Shown here: positions 1-13,412 of the stretch, piece by piece | Layout of the letters: each line of letters opens with the position of its first letter | Position numbering within the stretch: the first letter of the stretch is position 1 | Source of the DNA: Epiperipatus broadwayi | Taxonomy: Eukaryota > Animalia > Onychophora | DNA length: 64,000 nucleotides | Direction: 5' to 3' | NCBI GenBank assembly: GCA_028023455.1 | Contig: JAQFVV010000003.1 | Span: forward strand, 13,702,001 to 13,766,000 | Made by a program: the position numbers and the translations under genes | Notes under the pieces: generated by a model | Seen by the model: only the letters and a program-made list of their open reading frames with translations | What the model was told of the DNA's origin: nothing | Databases searched by the model: none

Positions 1-276
1 TAAGTAACTATTTATTATTATGAACTTCGGAAGGTGTGTGCAGTGACCCATCAATGACACTAGTGCCTTAAAAAAAAGAAATAAAAGCTATCAGGAGTAT
101 TTTTAATTCAAATAAAATGTTAAATATTAGCACTAGGAGTTTTGATGGTCAAGAAATATAATTGTCTTTTAAGTAATGAATTAGATTATTTGCTGAGGAT
201 ATAAATACTAAACCATAAATGTGTTAAAACTCTTTTAAACACCAGGTATTCTACAGGTAAGTACAAATATACATAT

Positions 277-2537
277 TGTAACGATCCGGAGAAAGTGACT
301 TAACGTAAACTGCACTACGGGGCGATCCAAAGTGGTAGATCGCATCGCACCGCACCGCACTACCAAAGGGCGCCATCTAGGCATTTGAGCCTAGAAAAAT
401 TTATAGAGTAGGCAGATACGCGCTGTTAGGATTCCACTTTATTTACATATTTAGATCGTTAGCCCATTGTCACTAGCTCAGCGGAATAGCAGAGATTTAA
501 TAATATCATTTACTAGTATATAAAAGAATAAAGTAAGCCACTGCCAGTAATTATCATACAAACAGATTTATTTATGCATATATATATAAGGTTTAAAATT
601 ATTTTAGTGATTTACATTTAAACATTTAACATTATTTTTAACTTTGATTTTACTTTAATTTACATTGAGTTACTATTATATTATAAATTTACATTTTTAA
701 TCAAGTTCGCACAGATGGGCTTATAAACCTGTTTAATATGTTGCTATAGATCGGTTACATAGATTTCAACGGTCAAAAACATTTCAAAGTAAACATAAAC
801 GATCAAAATACAAAATTATTGATTACTGACAATTGCATAGGGAATTATAAGAAACCCTCTAGTATTCATCGTAAGATACTTGCATCGTCACCAATAACTT
901 AAAAGACATCCGAATAAATACATTTTTAGATACTCACCATAAGGTATCAGTATTTGTCGAATGTCTATATATTTTGATCAAATATGAAAACGCAAAACAT
1001 AGTTAACCGATAAACAATCCATGCAAGCGTCTATAAACAACTTAAATTTAATGCATTTTTATTTAGGGTCGAGTATGAATACTACATAGATTTGCATTGA
1101 AATTAAAATATTCTATCCCTATTTAACCTTAGGCTAAAATTCGCAGTCAAACTGGCATCAATCCATCTGATACATTCATGTATTCAATGTAGCATGATAC
1201 GACAACACAACAATATTGTCGGGAATGTACATCTGAACAATATGTAGAAATAGAAACGACATTGACTCTCCACCCACAGGGATGTGACATCTGTGGGCAA
1301 GTAGATCAATAAACTAAAAACTCCATAGGAATGGGCTGCGGTATTCTGCCGACTTACAAACCCATCCATAGGCAAACAGAGGGTGTGTGGCGTATATCTA
1401 TAATCCTGCCCGTAGCGGATCTCATATTACACCTACTAATTACATAAATATATCCAATCCATTGAACCAATTCAACTACGAAATGAACAACCCAAGATTA
1501 CCCTCCCTTAATATATCTTTACAAATCGATACAGCCATTCACGCCCGACTTAAGTTTAACATTTTTATAATTAATTTAACGGAAACAACAATCATAATAA
1601 AACTTAAAGAACAAAAAATAAAGAAATGGAAATGATTTTACAAAATAAATAAGAAAAAAAAATACATCAAATAACATTATTAATTTAGTTTGGTCAGATA
1701 GGAAACTAATGCAATTATTTTAAATACGAAAAGTTTTTAACTTAATGTTCATTAATTGTAAAGTTCTTACGGTTTTAAACAGTTCATCTTTATCTGTCGT
1801 TTGTAAGTTTGAACGGGAATTCCCACGCCGTCCTGAAGATATTGGTATACATTTAGCCGATGTTTTATTTATTCATTCGGAGGTTTTTTAATTTGGTTGG
1901 TCCTCAATGTAGGAAACGATAGTTCATTTCTCCTTTCTTTAACAGCTGAAAGAATTGACCGTGCGTCTGTCAATTCCTCCAACTCCGTACTACTACATAT
2001 AGTCACATCGTGATAATCAATTTCCAGTCACTGATTAATAATTTCCAAAATTTTCCTTTTATATTAATGTGAAGGATTGAATTTACATTACGTCACCAAT
2101 GCGATGGTCCTTTCGCTGCGGTCCGATTTCATAGGGATTTCTTCTTATTTGCTAACAGTTTTTATTGTTTTCTTATCTGACCAGTGTTTTTACATTTAAA
2201 TGCCGAAGGCTGGTTTACATTTAACTAATTAACAATCATTTCCATTTCTGATTAATTAACCTGTTTTCCAAATCAAAAATATATTTCAAGACAAATTTAA
2301 AGATATAATTTTATCTCCAAATCTTTTTTAAAATTTAGTTTTAAAAATACCTTTTTCTTTAATAAAAATTTTATTTTAATAATTTTTTCATTATCTGTGC
2401 GACTTAATATATAAGAGTTTAAGACGATATTTTAATTTCAATTTTTAAAGAAAGTTTTTAAATGCGAACTTTTTATTTTAACTTGTTTAATAATATATAT
2501 ATAAAAAACAATGTAACGAACGTCTGTGCTCGTTACA
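277..2537 (-). mobile_element. Solo LTR (2261 bp) of a Ty3/gypsy-like long-LTR family
   Basis: Termini TGTAACGA (277-284) and TCGTTACA (2530-2537) with a 4-bp ATAT duplication on both sides (273-276, 2538-2541). Retains CpGs unlike the flanks. Its reverse complement shares short motifs with the LTR at 2613 (CACTGGTCAGA vs CATTGGTCAGA, then AACTGTTA), which suggests minus orientation. Confidence 0.75.
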
Positions 2538-2612
2538 ATATGGATAAATAATATATAGAAAGAGTAGACCCAGTACAATATATTAAGTAGTATTTAACTT
2601 TTATATACGTAT

Positions 2613-5252
2613 TGTAATATTGTAGGCATTAGCCATACAAATATAAGCTCCTAAAGTTTAAATTTAGATTTCATTAATATGTAATCTTCTATATATTTTT
2701 TATATATTATTATTATAATGGTTTTCATTTGATTAAATGTTTTTTCTTTTCAAATGATATAGAAATTATAAATAATTTTCTTTAATAACAAGATAAATAT
2801 TTTAATAAATTGTAAATGTTTGTAAAAGAGAGAGGGAAAAGTATAAAATTAAATAATTTCTTTTGTTGTCTCTCTTCAATAATTGTTAACTATTTACCGG
2901 ATTTGATTTTAACTTTTGAAAAAAGAAAGATTTCAACATTTTTTAAAATTTTACTTTAATTAATCAGAGCTGTTTTTTTGTTCTTTCTTTTTTTCTATTT
3001 ATCTCTCTCCAAAGAAAAGTAGAATATATCAAATTAGCCTAATTAATCTGATTATCATTTTCACTTTTTGCAAAAATTTTTTAATTAAAAACAGGAATGT
3101 CAAAAATTTTATGATTCTAATTTCAATTTTTGATTTGTTTTTCAATGTCAATGTTGAAAAAGAGAAATAACTGAACCACTGTATTTGTAAAAAAATAACC
3201 TAATTAATTATTACTAATTGTATCATGTTGGAGATTGTGGTTGGTTTAAGGTAGGTTTGTTCCTAAAAATAATCAGGTGTGTGCATTGGTCAGAAGACCT
3301 AAAATCAGCCTTACACCAACTGTTAAAGAGGACAATATAAAAAAACTCTTGATCCAGCTGCTGAAGGTAGTAGGAGAAAAGACATTCCTAACACAACTGC
3401 TAAAAAAGAAAGAGGTCTTATTTAAACTAAGTTTTAATGAAGCTTTTAGCACAATATGAGTCTAGTTATGAAAATGTTTTATGTAATGAAAATCTTGTGC
3501 TAAGTTAGCTAAAAGCTAATATTTTACTCAGTGTAACACACTTCACTGAATAAAACAGAAGAAAAATGCTCCTAAAGTAATCTGCAACCATATCTTCAAT
3601 CAAGACCATGAATCTCTATGTTATCTTCATCAGAGAAATTTTATCAGAAAAAAAATGGATAAATTTTTAATGTTTGTTAACCTGCAAATGCTGCATATAA
3701 AAATAGGACAAATTTAATCATGTACATTGTATAGAAGCTTTCAAGAAAAAAACTTACCTGGAAAGATGGGAAGTTATAACCAGAAAGAACTCTAATAAGA
3801 ATAAAATCATAGTTAAAGGTATTTTTTATGTGCACATTGTATTTGTATTTATAATTACAAAGGATTATTTTAAAGTGATTTTTTAAAAGCAAAAATTGAT
3901 AATTTTGAAAAATTTCAATAACTTAATCTTTTCTTGAAAAACATGTTTTTTTAAATATATTATCTTAATACAAATCCAATAAAATATATTCTTGTTAAAT
4001 TTTTTTACAATTATGCTGATAATAATTTAAACATGTTTTTTAAATCCATTCAATTTTTTTTTTCTTCAAAATTATGAGTTTTTTTGAAAAATTTAATTTT
4101 GTTAAATTTAAAATTTTATTTTGAAACATGTTTTTCTTTTCATTCATTTATTTTTCCCTCCAAAAAGTCAACAAAGGATTAGTTAAGCTAATTTAATGAT
4201 TGTTATCTCTGATTTTAAAAATGTTGTTTTTCCAACTTTTGCTTATTTAAAGAAATAACTTAATGAATTAAAAGTTAATAAAAGTAAATAGAAATCAATT
4301 GGTTAATATAATTTTTTATGAAACTATTTTTTTTTTTGATAAAATGAATGTTTAAAATTCCATATTATATTATTTTTTTTATTTATTGATAAAATTCTTT
4401 AAAAAAGTATTTTTATCTTAATGGTTTTATTTCTCCAGCTATCTGTTATATGAATTGGCAGGGCAGTATATGTGATTTGTTTCAATAGTTTAGGGATTTT
4501 AAAAATATGCCAGTAAAGCTATTTAATTATATCAGATTAAACCAATAAATTATTTTGAATAAGCTTTTATATTCAATATTTATTGCTTGCTCACAGCAAG
4601 TTTAGAGTTCTTGCTTCCTGAGCTAGATTAGAGCAGAATGGTTACTTATGAAGATTAGAAGTTTATATTAGTGTTTTGTCATACAAACGATAACCAAAGA
4701 TGGCACAATGGCATATCCATTAAAATTCATGCACTACATTTTATATATTTTTATTATTAGAAATTAAGTTTATAGTTTGCCACTGCATTAATGGGACTAT
4801 ATGGCCATAATATTAATGATGATCATCATGTTTCTGTATCATTATTTTTTGTCATATTCTAATGAATTAGCATTTAAGTCTGTGCATCCAAATTATTGTT
4901 TATATAATCTTCCCCAAGTTTGATAGTGGCTAGATAAGCAGCCTGTGTATAATGCACCTTTTTTATTCCTAGTGGACCCATTTCAAATCCAGTTACAAGG
5001 CTGACTGTTAATTTTATGATTGTTGACTGTTCTTTGCTTGTATAATGCTGATAATTAATGATTATTTTTGTTGAATGCTGGTTGAACATGTAGTTAGTTT
5101 TATTATTTGCTGATCTCCCATGTTCATTTATTTTGATTAGTCTATGGGGAGGGTGATGGTTTCCCATCTCATAATTCAGCCCTATTATACTGTGTACTGT
5201 TACAAATGGGTCCATATAACTCTTGATGACCCATTCTTTCAGTACCATTATA
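2613..5252 (+). repeat. 5' LTR of element A (~2.64 kb)
   Basis: Colinear with 7794-11606 along its length once two insertions in the latter are removed. TG start, CCATTATA end, followed by the PBS. Confidence 0.75.
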
Positions 5253-5254
5253 AA

Positions 5255-5273
5255 TAGTGACCCAACTGTGGGA
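5255..5273 (+). promoter_or_regulatory. Primer-binding site, tRNA-Lys-like (degenerate)
   Basis: TAGTGACCCAACTGTGGGA lies 2 nt after the LTR end. It resembles the tRNA-Lys(CTT) 3' complement TGGCGCCCAACGTGGGGC with bulges. A near-identical motif occurs at 33383-33402. Confidence 0.55.
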
Positions 5274-6689
5274 ATTAGAACTTGAATCTCAGAAATACTC
5301 CTGAAAAACAAAGCTCTGTATTTTAATGCAGAATAAATTTTAAATGTATTAACTGTGAAATGTGACAAGGGTATAGATGATGATTAAGTTGTAATATGAT
5401 TATAAATTATAAAATAGATATTAACGTATAATTAAAGAGTTCATATTTAAAGTTGAACAAAAAATCAAAGCATGACTTTTAGAGATTGGATTGAGTTTTT
5501 GACTGGTTTGTTTAGCTGTACATTTATTACTGGTGATGAATGGAGGGTTTTGTCAATGGCTTGGGATGCAATGTTATCATGCAATTCTAAGAAGTGTTCT
5601 CTCATGCATTGTTCCAACACTCTCTCAGATTTTCATATTTCCTATTGTTTATCATGGTTCAGATAATTTAGACCTGCCATGATCTCCAGCTTCTAAGACT
5701 CAAAGGAACAGTGCTTTGAAAAGATTTTTGCATTGTTATATTTATTTTGGATTGTAGGTAGCTTATGTATCTAAAGTAATATAAAGTTTTTGCTTTTCAT
5801 GCCACATTGCAGACTTATAGTCCGGTAGCTGGATTCTGTATCTATCCCAGAATTTCAAGTCACTATGCATTCTTTGGATATCAAATGCTCATGAGTTCTC
5901 TGAGAAAAGTTTTGACAAATAATTTGTTACATGATTTTTTTATACATGCATATTGTACTTAAAATAAAAATAAATAATAAAAATATTAGAGATTAAAGCA
6001 CGGGAAATAAATTAAATTAATCATATAAAACCAGGTATTGAGACAATAAGCTTTAAGAAAGGCAGATTAGAGGTAATAATATAGTAATGTTAGGTAGATG
6101 AAAAAGGATTGCATGGAAGAGGTGATGTTAAGCTTATTTTACGAGATATTTTTAAGTTCCCATTTGTATTTCTTGTGTGTAAAAATAATTTCATCATTTT
6201 TCTTCAAGATTAAAAAGTTCTATCATAGAAATATATATGCTGACAAGAGCCAATTGAAAAAGATGCACATAGAACATGATATTGAAAAAGATCAGCAATC
6301 AACTGAGGGAACCCAAAAAATTGAGGATATGATCATGTCAGACCAGTTAGTACAAATTTTTATGGACAATCAAAAAAGATTTTAAATAATATTTAAACAA
6401 ATGAATCAATAAAAAGAAGAGTATAATAAAAAAAGATGAAAAGAGAATAGTAAAAAAAAAAAAAAGAACAAAGAGGATAGTAAAAAGAGAGCAGAAAAAC
6501 TCAAATGCTGCTAATGTAAATAGAAAGCCATCAGCAAAGAGAAGATAATAAAAAAAGATCAGAAGAAATTCAGATGCTTTTAAAAAAAGTAGCAAGTAAT
6601 TAGCATAGTCAGACACTGTTTATAGAGATGGAAGAAATTAATTAGCAAAAATAATAAATGTTGTTAAGGAAAATAGAAGATGACAATCA

Positions 6690-7640
6690 AAAGATGTGGA
6701 TTAAAAATAGAGGAGAGTGATCAAAAAAAAGGCAATAGACAATAAAATAATGAACACGAGCATACAAAAAGCTGTCAAGAATCTTACCCAAATAATGGAA
6801 AAAAGAGCAGGACAAAAAATCAACCACTGTATTTATAAAGAAAACCAAAATATAATCCAAATAAGTGAGGAAAATAGAAAAAATATTGAGGAAACTGCTC
6901 TGAATAAATATAGCATGGATGCTGAAGCCATTAGTAATGATATTGATGTCTCTGATATGAATAATCATTCAGATAAAAAAAAAAACAGAATAAAAAACCA
7001 GATGTTATACATTATGTGTATGATGTAATACAAGATGAAGTTAAAATAATAGCTCATATTATAGATAAACTAGAGGAGTTAGATCAAAAGATAAATGTAA
7101 CAAAAGAATTGCAAAAAAATATTGAAAATGATCAAAAAGATATAAAAATAATAAATCAAAAGATAAAGAATATAAAAGAATTGAAATGAACCAAAAAGTA
7201 CAAATAATAGAAAAAGTGGAGGATGAAGTATCACCAGAGATATACAGAATGGATACTAGAAAGATATATACTTAGTTCTTTCAAGGCCAGATAGTACAAC
7301 CAAAAGCATTGGCAACTAATTCATTAATAAATAGTCTAGTATTAAAAATGATTAGGTATAACCTATCACATAACTTAGGCCAAATGATTATGTATATTGA
7401 TGAAAAAGTGTTGATCTGATAGTTGAATTGCTAAGGCAACAACCTCATGAAAGATTAGAAAGAGATTATGGCTCATCCAACTTTCAAGAAAGATAATTCC
7501 CAAAAATGAAAATAATAGGGCTGTTGAAAGTAATAAAAACAATACAAGGGAGGAGGTCTCATAGAGAAGAAAGATTAATAATAGTTCGTGAAAGTAGGAA
7601 CAATCTGAACATATCACAACCATACTCATATAAAGATTAA
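6690..7640 (+). pseudogene. Degenerate gag-like ORF of element A (coiled-coil N-terminus, capsid CTD-like C-terminus)
   Basis: A-rich frames with stops and frameshifts: ORF 6717-7028, then DVIQDEVKIIAHIIDKLEELDQKINVTKELQKNIEND (coiled coil), then LRPNDYVY..KSVDLIVELLRQQPHERLE resembling a gypsy/Arc-type capsid C-terminal motif. Lies between the PBS and PPT. Confidence 0.45.
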
Positions 7641-9413
7641 CAATTATGCATGGATTAGAATACTTACCTGAAAATTCTTATAATCTTGGGAAGAAACCAG
7701 TAATAAGAAGACCATTAAAATATATAGTTAAAATGATGAAAAATAAAATATGGAATCGCATTTCATTGTTTTATCAATTTAAATGCAGGGGATTGTAATA
7801 TTGTAGGCACTATCCATACCTATATGATAAGCTCATAAATTTTAAATTTAGATTTAATTAAAATTTATTTTCTATGTTTTTTAATATAATAATGGGTTTT
7901 CATTTAATTAAAGGTTCTTTTTCTTCTCAAATAATATGAAAATTCTAAACAATTTTTTTTAATTCTCATACATTTTTTTATTTTTTATTATAAGATATTT
8001 TGATAAATAATAAATGTTTGTAAAAGAGAGAGAAAAATATAAAATTAAATAATTTCTTATGCTCTCTCTTCAATAATTGTTAACTATTTATTAATTTTGA
8101 TTTTGAAAAGTTTATTGAAACTTTTGCTTTTAACTTTTGAAAAAAAAAAATAGATAAAGTTTTATATTTAATAGTATTTAAAAAAAAAAAGAGAGAGAAG
8201 ATTTAACAATTTTTTTTAAAATGTTTAATTTAATTGATCAAAACTGTTTTCTTTACTTCTTTCATGAGTAGTGTTTATCAAATCAGTCTAATTAACCTGA
8301 ATATCTTATTTTCATTTTTTTCAAGATAATTTTAATTAAAAACTGGAATGTCAACAATTTTATGATTCTAATTACTTGTTTTTCAATGTCAATGTTGAAG
8401 GAGAGAAATAACTGAACCAATGTAATTGAAAAAAAAAAAGACCTAATTGAATATTACTAATTGTGTCATGTTGGAGACAGATTGTGATCGTTTTGAGACA
8501 GGTTTGTTAAAAAAAATTAGAGATGTGCATTGGTCAGAAGACCTAAGTGTCTGGTAAGAAGTCAATATTAAACCAGCTGTTGAAGAGCACATTAGGAGAA
8601 AAACTCTTGATCCAGCTGATGAAGAAGACGGTAGAAGACATCCCTGACACAACTGCTAAAAAAGAAAGAAGCAGAAGTCTTATTTAAGCTGTTGAAGTTT
8701 TAACCAAATTGTTAGCACAATATGAGTTTAGTTATGAAAATGTTTTCTACAATGAAAACCATGTGCTAAGTTAGCTAAAAGCTAACATCATCTTCCTCTA
8801 TTTAACCTGCTTCACTGGAACAAAATGTAGAGAAAAAAAATATCCATAGAACATGAATCGCTATGTGTTAGCCTCATCTGGAAAATTTTATCAGAAAATA
8901 ATAGATATATTGTTTGCTGTTTGTTAAACTGAAAATGCTGCATACAAAAATAGGACAAATTAATCATGTACATTGTGTATAAGCCTTCAAGAAAAAAACT
9001 TACCTGGAAAAACTGGAAGTTATAACCTGAAAAAACTCTAAATAAAAATAAAACCATGGTTAAAGGTATGTTTTGGTTTTATGTGCACACTGCATTTCCA
9101 TTTATAATTAAAAATAATTTTTTTAAATTAATAATTATAAAAGCAAAAATTGATAATTTTGAATAATTTCAGTAACTTAATATTTTTTTGTGAAACATGT
9201 TTTTTTAATCCATTCAATGTTTTTCTTTTCATTCATTTATTTTTCACTCCAAAATTCAACAAATGTTAAGTGAATTTAAAGATTACCTCTGATTTTAAAA
9301 ATGTTTTTCCAACTTTTGGTTATTTAAAGAAGTAATAAATTAAAAGTTAATTAATTTAATGAATAGAAATCAATTGGTTAATATAATTTTTTATAAAACT
9401 ATATCTATATTGA

Positions 9414-9864
9414 AAACTTAAGAGCATGCTAATGCTCTAAACAAGCTTTTTTATTATTATGATAAATGCTACTACAAGAGAAGGCATTCAAATCATCTTT
9501 ATCTTAGATTGTCCCCATTCTCAGACTGGTTTCGACCTATGGGTCTCTTCAGTGAGAAGTTGGGACATTAGATTCAAAAAACCAACTCAAGTTAAGCATT
9601 TATCTAAAAGATAATTCTCAAGAAGAAGATCTAAACCTAAGTTGGTTTTCTGAATCTAATGTCCCAACTCCTCATTGAAGAGACCCATAGGTCAATACCG
9701 ATCTGGGGATGGGGACAATCTAAGATAAAGATGATTTGAATGCCTTCTCTTGTAGTAGCATTTATCATAATAAAAAGCTTGTTTAGAGCATTAGCATGCT
9801 CTTAAGTTTACATATTAGTAATTGCAAGCTATATATGTCATGTGACATCTCACTTTTTATTATT
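9414..9864. mobile_element. PLE-derived fold-back insertion with hammerhead motifs and a 16-bp TSD
   Basis: Inverted arms about 9414-9590 and 9637-9809. Direct repeat ACTATATCTATATTGA at 9398-9413 and 9865-9880. Absent from the sister LTR. Confidence 0.8.
9518..9558 (-). ncRNA. Minimal type-I hammerhead ribozyme, core intact
   Basis: Minus strand reads TTCTCA CTGAAGA GACC-CATA-GGTC GAAAC-CA-GTC TGAGAA: 6-bp stem I, CUGANGA and GAAA core, 4-bp stem II, short stem III, GUC cleavage triplet. The mirror copy at about 9668-9708 (plus) has core mutations. Confidence 0.85.
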
Positions 9865-10214
9865 ACTATATCTATATTGATAAAATGAATATTTAAATTA
9901 TCATATTATCAGGTCTTTTTTTTCTATTTAATAATTGTTCAAAAACATTTTTTGTCTTAATAGCTTTATTCCTCTAGCTATTTGTTACATGAATTGGCAG
10001 TGTATGTAACTTGATTTCAATACAGGTTAAAATTTAGATTTTTAAATTATGCCAGTAAAGCTATTTAATTAAAGCATACTAACCTATAAATTATTTAAAA
10101 TTATTTAGAATAAGATGTTATATTTATTTATTTATCTTTGGCCCACAATAATAGTTTATAGAGTTCTTGCTTCCTGAGCTAGATTAGAGTAGAATCGTTA
10201 TTTATAGATATTAA

Positions 10215-11051
10215 CCCTCTAGCATTCTGACAGATTTATTTATTTTCACTTGCTTTAAGCTTTCAACTTTCACTTTAATATCAAACCATTATTACTTATC
10301 AGAATATAATAAATTTAATCTCATTTGACAGATATTTTTGTTTAAAAATTAAATAAATTTTAAGAAATCACATTTGATTTTCAGGATTATTTTAAAAATT
10401 AGATTTTAATCAAAACAAAGCCCTGGCATGTCATCAAATTTCAGGGGAAGCAGATATCTTCTTTGTTTGATGTTTGTTTTAAAAACTTGAATGAATTATT
10501 TTTAATATCTAATAAATCTATCAATTTATGCTTTAAAAGTTTAACATTTTTTCTTAATTTTTACAATATCACTAAAAATTATAACTGTCTATTGACACCA
10601 TTTCTAGACAGTTGTATTTCCCACAACCTTAATCTCTATGGTAATATTACACAGAAGAATATATTCTTTTATATTTAAAAATAAAACACTTCTATAAAAA
10701 ATAAATATGTAATAATTATGATACAAAAATAATCATAAAATTTCCAAAAAATCAAATTTTTAGACCATCGTAATATTTTTTTGAAGTAATCTTGCAAAGT
10801 TTAAGATTGCCAAACATACAATGACTAGGCATTAATGTATGGTTTTGGATACTTTGAAATTCCCATTTATTCAATTATCCTAATGTCTTTTGAATTTTTT
10901 TGATATTAAAATATTAAAAAAATATGTGTGAATTTTAAAGGTGTAAAAAAAATGTTAGCAAAATTTCTCAATAGAAAGCAAAAAACGCAAATTAAATTTC
11001 TAGATTTCTCAGATGTAGGTCCAACACCTGGTAGAAAGCGTCGGTTAAGGG
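10215..11051. mobile_element. Possible non-autonomous piggyBac-like insertion
   Basis: TTAA-CCCT at the left end and AGGG-TTTA at the right end. The segment is missing from the homologous 5' LTR. TIR similarity beyond 4 bp is weak. Confidence 0.4.
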
Positions 11052-13006
11052 TTTATATTAATGTTTTGGACAACCAGATGATAACCATGGATAGCATATC
11101 TTTAAAGTCCATGCACTATATTTTATATTTGTATTATTATTATTAGAAATTAAGCTTATAGTTGGCCAGTACATTAATGGTACTATTTGACCAAAGCATT
11201 GATGATGATCAGTATGTTTTTGTATCCCAGCATTATTTTTTTACTGTTATATTCTGATGGATTAGCACTTACATCTGTGTTTCCAAATTATTTACATCAT
11301 CCGCCCCAAGTTTGGCAGTGGCCAGATAAGTAGCCTGTGCATAATATACCTTTTTTATTCCTAGTGGACTCATTTCAAATGCAGTCACAAGGCTTATTTG
11401 ATTTTATGATTCTTAACTGTCCTTTGCTTTTTGTTGATTGTATAATGCTGATGGTAAATGATTATTATTTTGTCTAATGCTGAATGAACTTGTAGTTAGT
11501 CTTATTCTTTGATCTCTCATGCTCATTCCTTTTGATTAGTCTATGGGGCTGATTTTTTATCTCTCCTTATTTTTACTATGTCACCTCTCTTTTCTATACC
11601 ATTACAACATATATAGACACTTACAATACAATATAATTTGGAAAATGTACACACAAAGACATTGACTTAAAAACAATTAACAAAAGAGTAGAATATTACA
11701 ATTAAAGACAATACAATAATAAATCAAAAAAGAAACCATATTTTCTGAGTGAGTGTTCACTGAAAAAATGACCAAAAGATGATTCAAAATGCATTCATAC
11801 TAGTAGCCATGTTCTTAAAATGTATGAATTCAAATATACAAATTTCTAATTTTTTATTTAATATTTTTTTCAATAGCTAGTCTATGACTACATAAGACTA
11901 CTGCATAAATAGATTTGTCTTTAATGCAAAAATATATACATGATTAATAGAACTACAAATAATAGAGTAATTATTGTATGATTTTCATTATCAGTTTAGC
12001 ATTAAATATAAATGGACTAGTGTGGATTATTTAGTAAAAAAATATTCTGAATGATATAATTATTTACAATTAAAGTTTGTGAGTTTGACAAATCTTGTTT
12101 GCACTTTAGATGCTATCAATAAAATGCAATACATTAATTCAATCATAGCTATTTTCAATAGCTAGATTTGATCCTTTCTTTCTAATACACAGTATAGAAA
12201 AAATGTCCTGTGCAGTTTAATATTGAGGGAGAGTGGCAGATGCAAACGCTAAAAGGTATCTAATCCGATTATTAGCTGAGAAAATTAAAGGAAACAGTTG
12301 GGTTTAATCTGCCACTTGAATAATCAATAGACAAACTTCCAAGCATAAAAAAATATTTCAATTGTATTTATAATCATTTACTCATAATTAACACTACTGA
12401 ATAGCAAATTTCTCTTCATTTATTTAACCGTTTACAAGAGCTTAATATAAATTAAGATTTCAATATATAGTTCTTGTGTGGCTTCTCTCAATGCATTATT
12501 TTTCTTGTTAAAATGGTAGAGTTTTGCTAGACTTTTAAAATTGATACATTATCTAAGGGGGATTATAAAAGAGAAAGAAAAAATAATTTAGGGCAAGAGG
12601 AAATAAATGCATATTTAGTTAGTATGGAATGAGTAGCATTAATACATAATGAAAGATCATTAATATAATTTCTGCATACAATTTTACACAATTATTATTT
12701 TTTTAAATGAATCATCTTATATAAAATTACCTTATTACTTAAAGAACAGTGACCATTAAACAAAACAATGTGCATGTATATTAAATCGAAGATTTTCACG
12801 GGCTACAGATGTAAATTAAATATTATATGGATATATAAACTGACGTTTCAATTAGGTCACACTGATATACAATAATAATGACCATTCTATTAATAGATAA
12901 TAGAAATAATAATTATGAAAAATTATTTTGATTAATGACTTAAAATTTTTTTTAAAAATAGAAGGTAATTTGCATGTACCATCACGTTTGTTGATACATT
13001 CTAGCC

Positions 13007-13404
13007 CAGGGATCCCCAGCCCTATATCCGAGGGCACCATGGCGCCCGCAGACAATTTTACGTATGCCCGCCGCTATTCGAACACGATAAAAAATTATTT
13101 ATCTGATACAAATAAATTTAATTTTTAAAATTTCTTATAAATTATTGTATTATATTGTAATCAAATTGTAGGGTATACTATACTTTTACAGCATAAAAAT
13201 ATAAACATTAATTATATGTTAAAATTTTATTTTTGAAATAAATATTTTTTTGTACATTATGTGTATTATTAACAATATCCAACTATAAATTTACATTAAA
13301 AAAATAAATAGTGCCTGCCATCTGGTTGAAAAAATAAATGGTGCCCGCCACCTGGCCGGTATTATAGAATGTGCTCATAAGTGCAAAAAGGTTGGGGACA
13401 CCTG
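13007..13404. mobile_element. hAT-type MITE (398 bp)
   Basis: TIRs CAGGGATCCCCAGCCT and AGGTTGGGGACACCTG. Perfect 8-bp TSD TTCTAGCC (12999-13006, 13405-13412). Confidence 0.9.
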
Positions 13405-13412
13405 TTCTAGCC

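Larger units (their letters stand above)
2613..11606 (+). mobile_element. Non-autonomous gypsy-like LTR retroelement A (LTR-PBS-gag-PPT-LTR, no pol detected)
   Basis: Diverged direct repeats 2613-5252 and 7794-11606, both starting TGTAATATTGTAGGCA and ending TACCATTA(T/C)A. PBS-like motif after the first, purine tract AGGGGAT directly before the second. Flanks ACGTAT (2607-2612) and ACATAT (11607-11612) differ by one CpG-type transition. Confidence 0.75.
7794..11606 (+). repeat. 3' LTR of element A, interrupted by two later insertions (9414-9864 and 10215-11051)
   Basis: Homologous to 2613-5252. Preceded by PPT AGGGGAT (7787-7793). Empty sites for both insertions are visible in the 5' LTR near 4325 and 4655. 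Confidence 0.75.

Noticed and set aside
4874-5368. Longest ORF in the window (164 aa, minus strand)
   Set aside because: It runs antisense across the PBS and LTR end of element A. The homologous LTR copies (11160-11560, 33000-33380) have stops and frameshifts. Vague integrase/RNase H-like motifs could not be placed in a consistent order.
5400-5950. Minus-strand frames faintly resembling a gypsy protease-RT linker
   Set aside because: Opposite to the orientation set by the PBS and PPT, and no catalytic motif was found.
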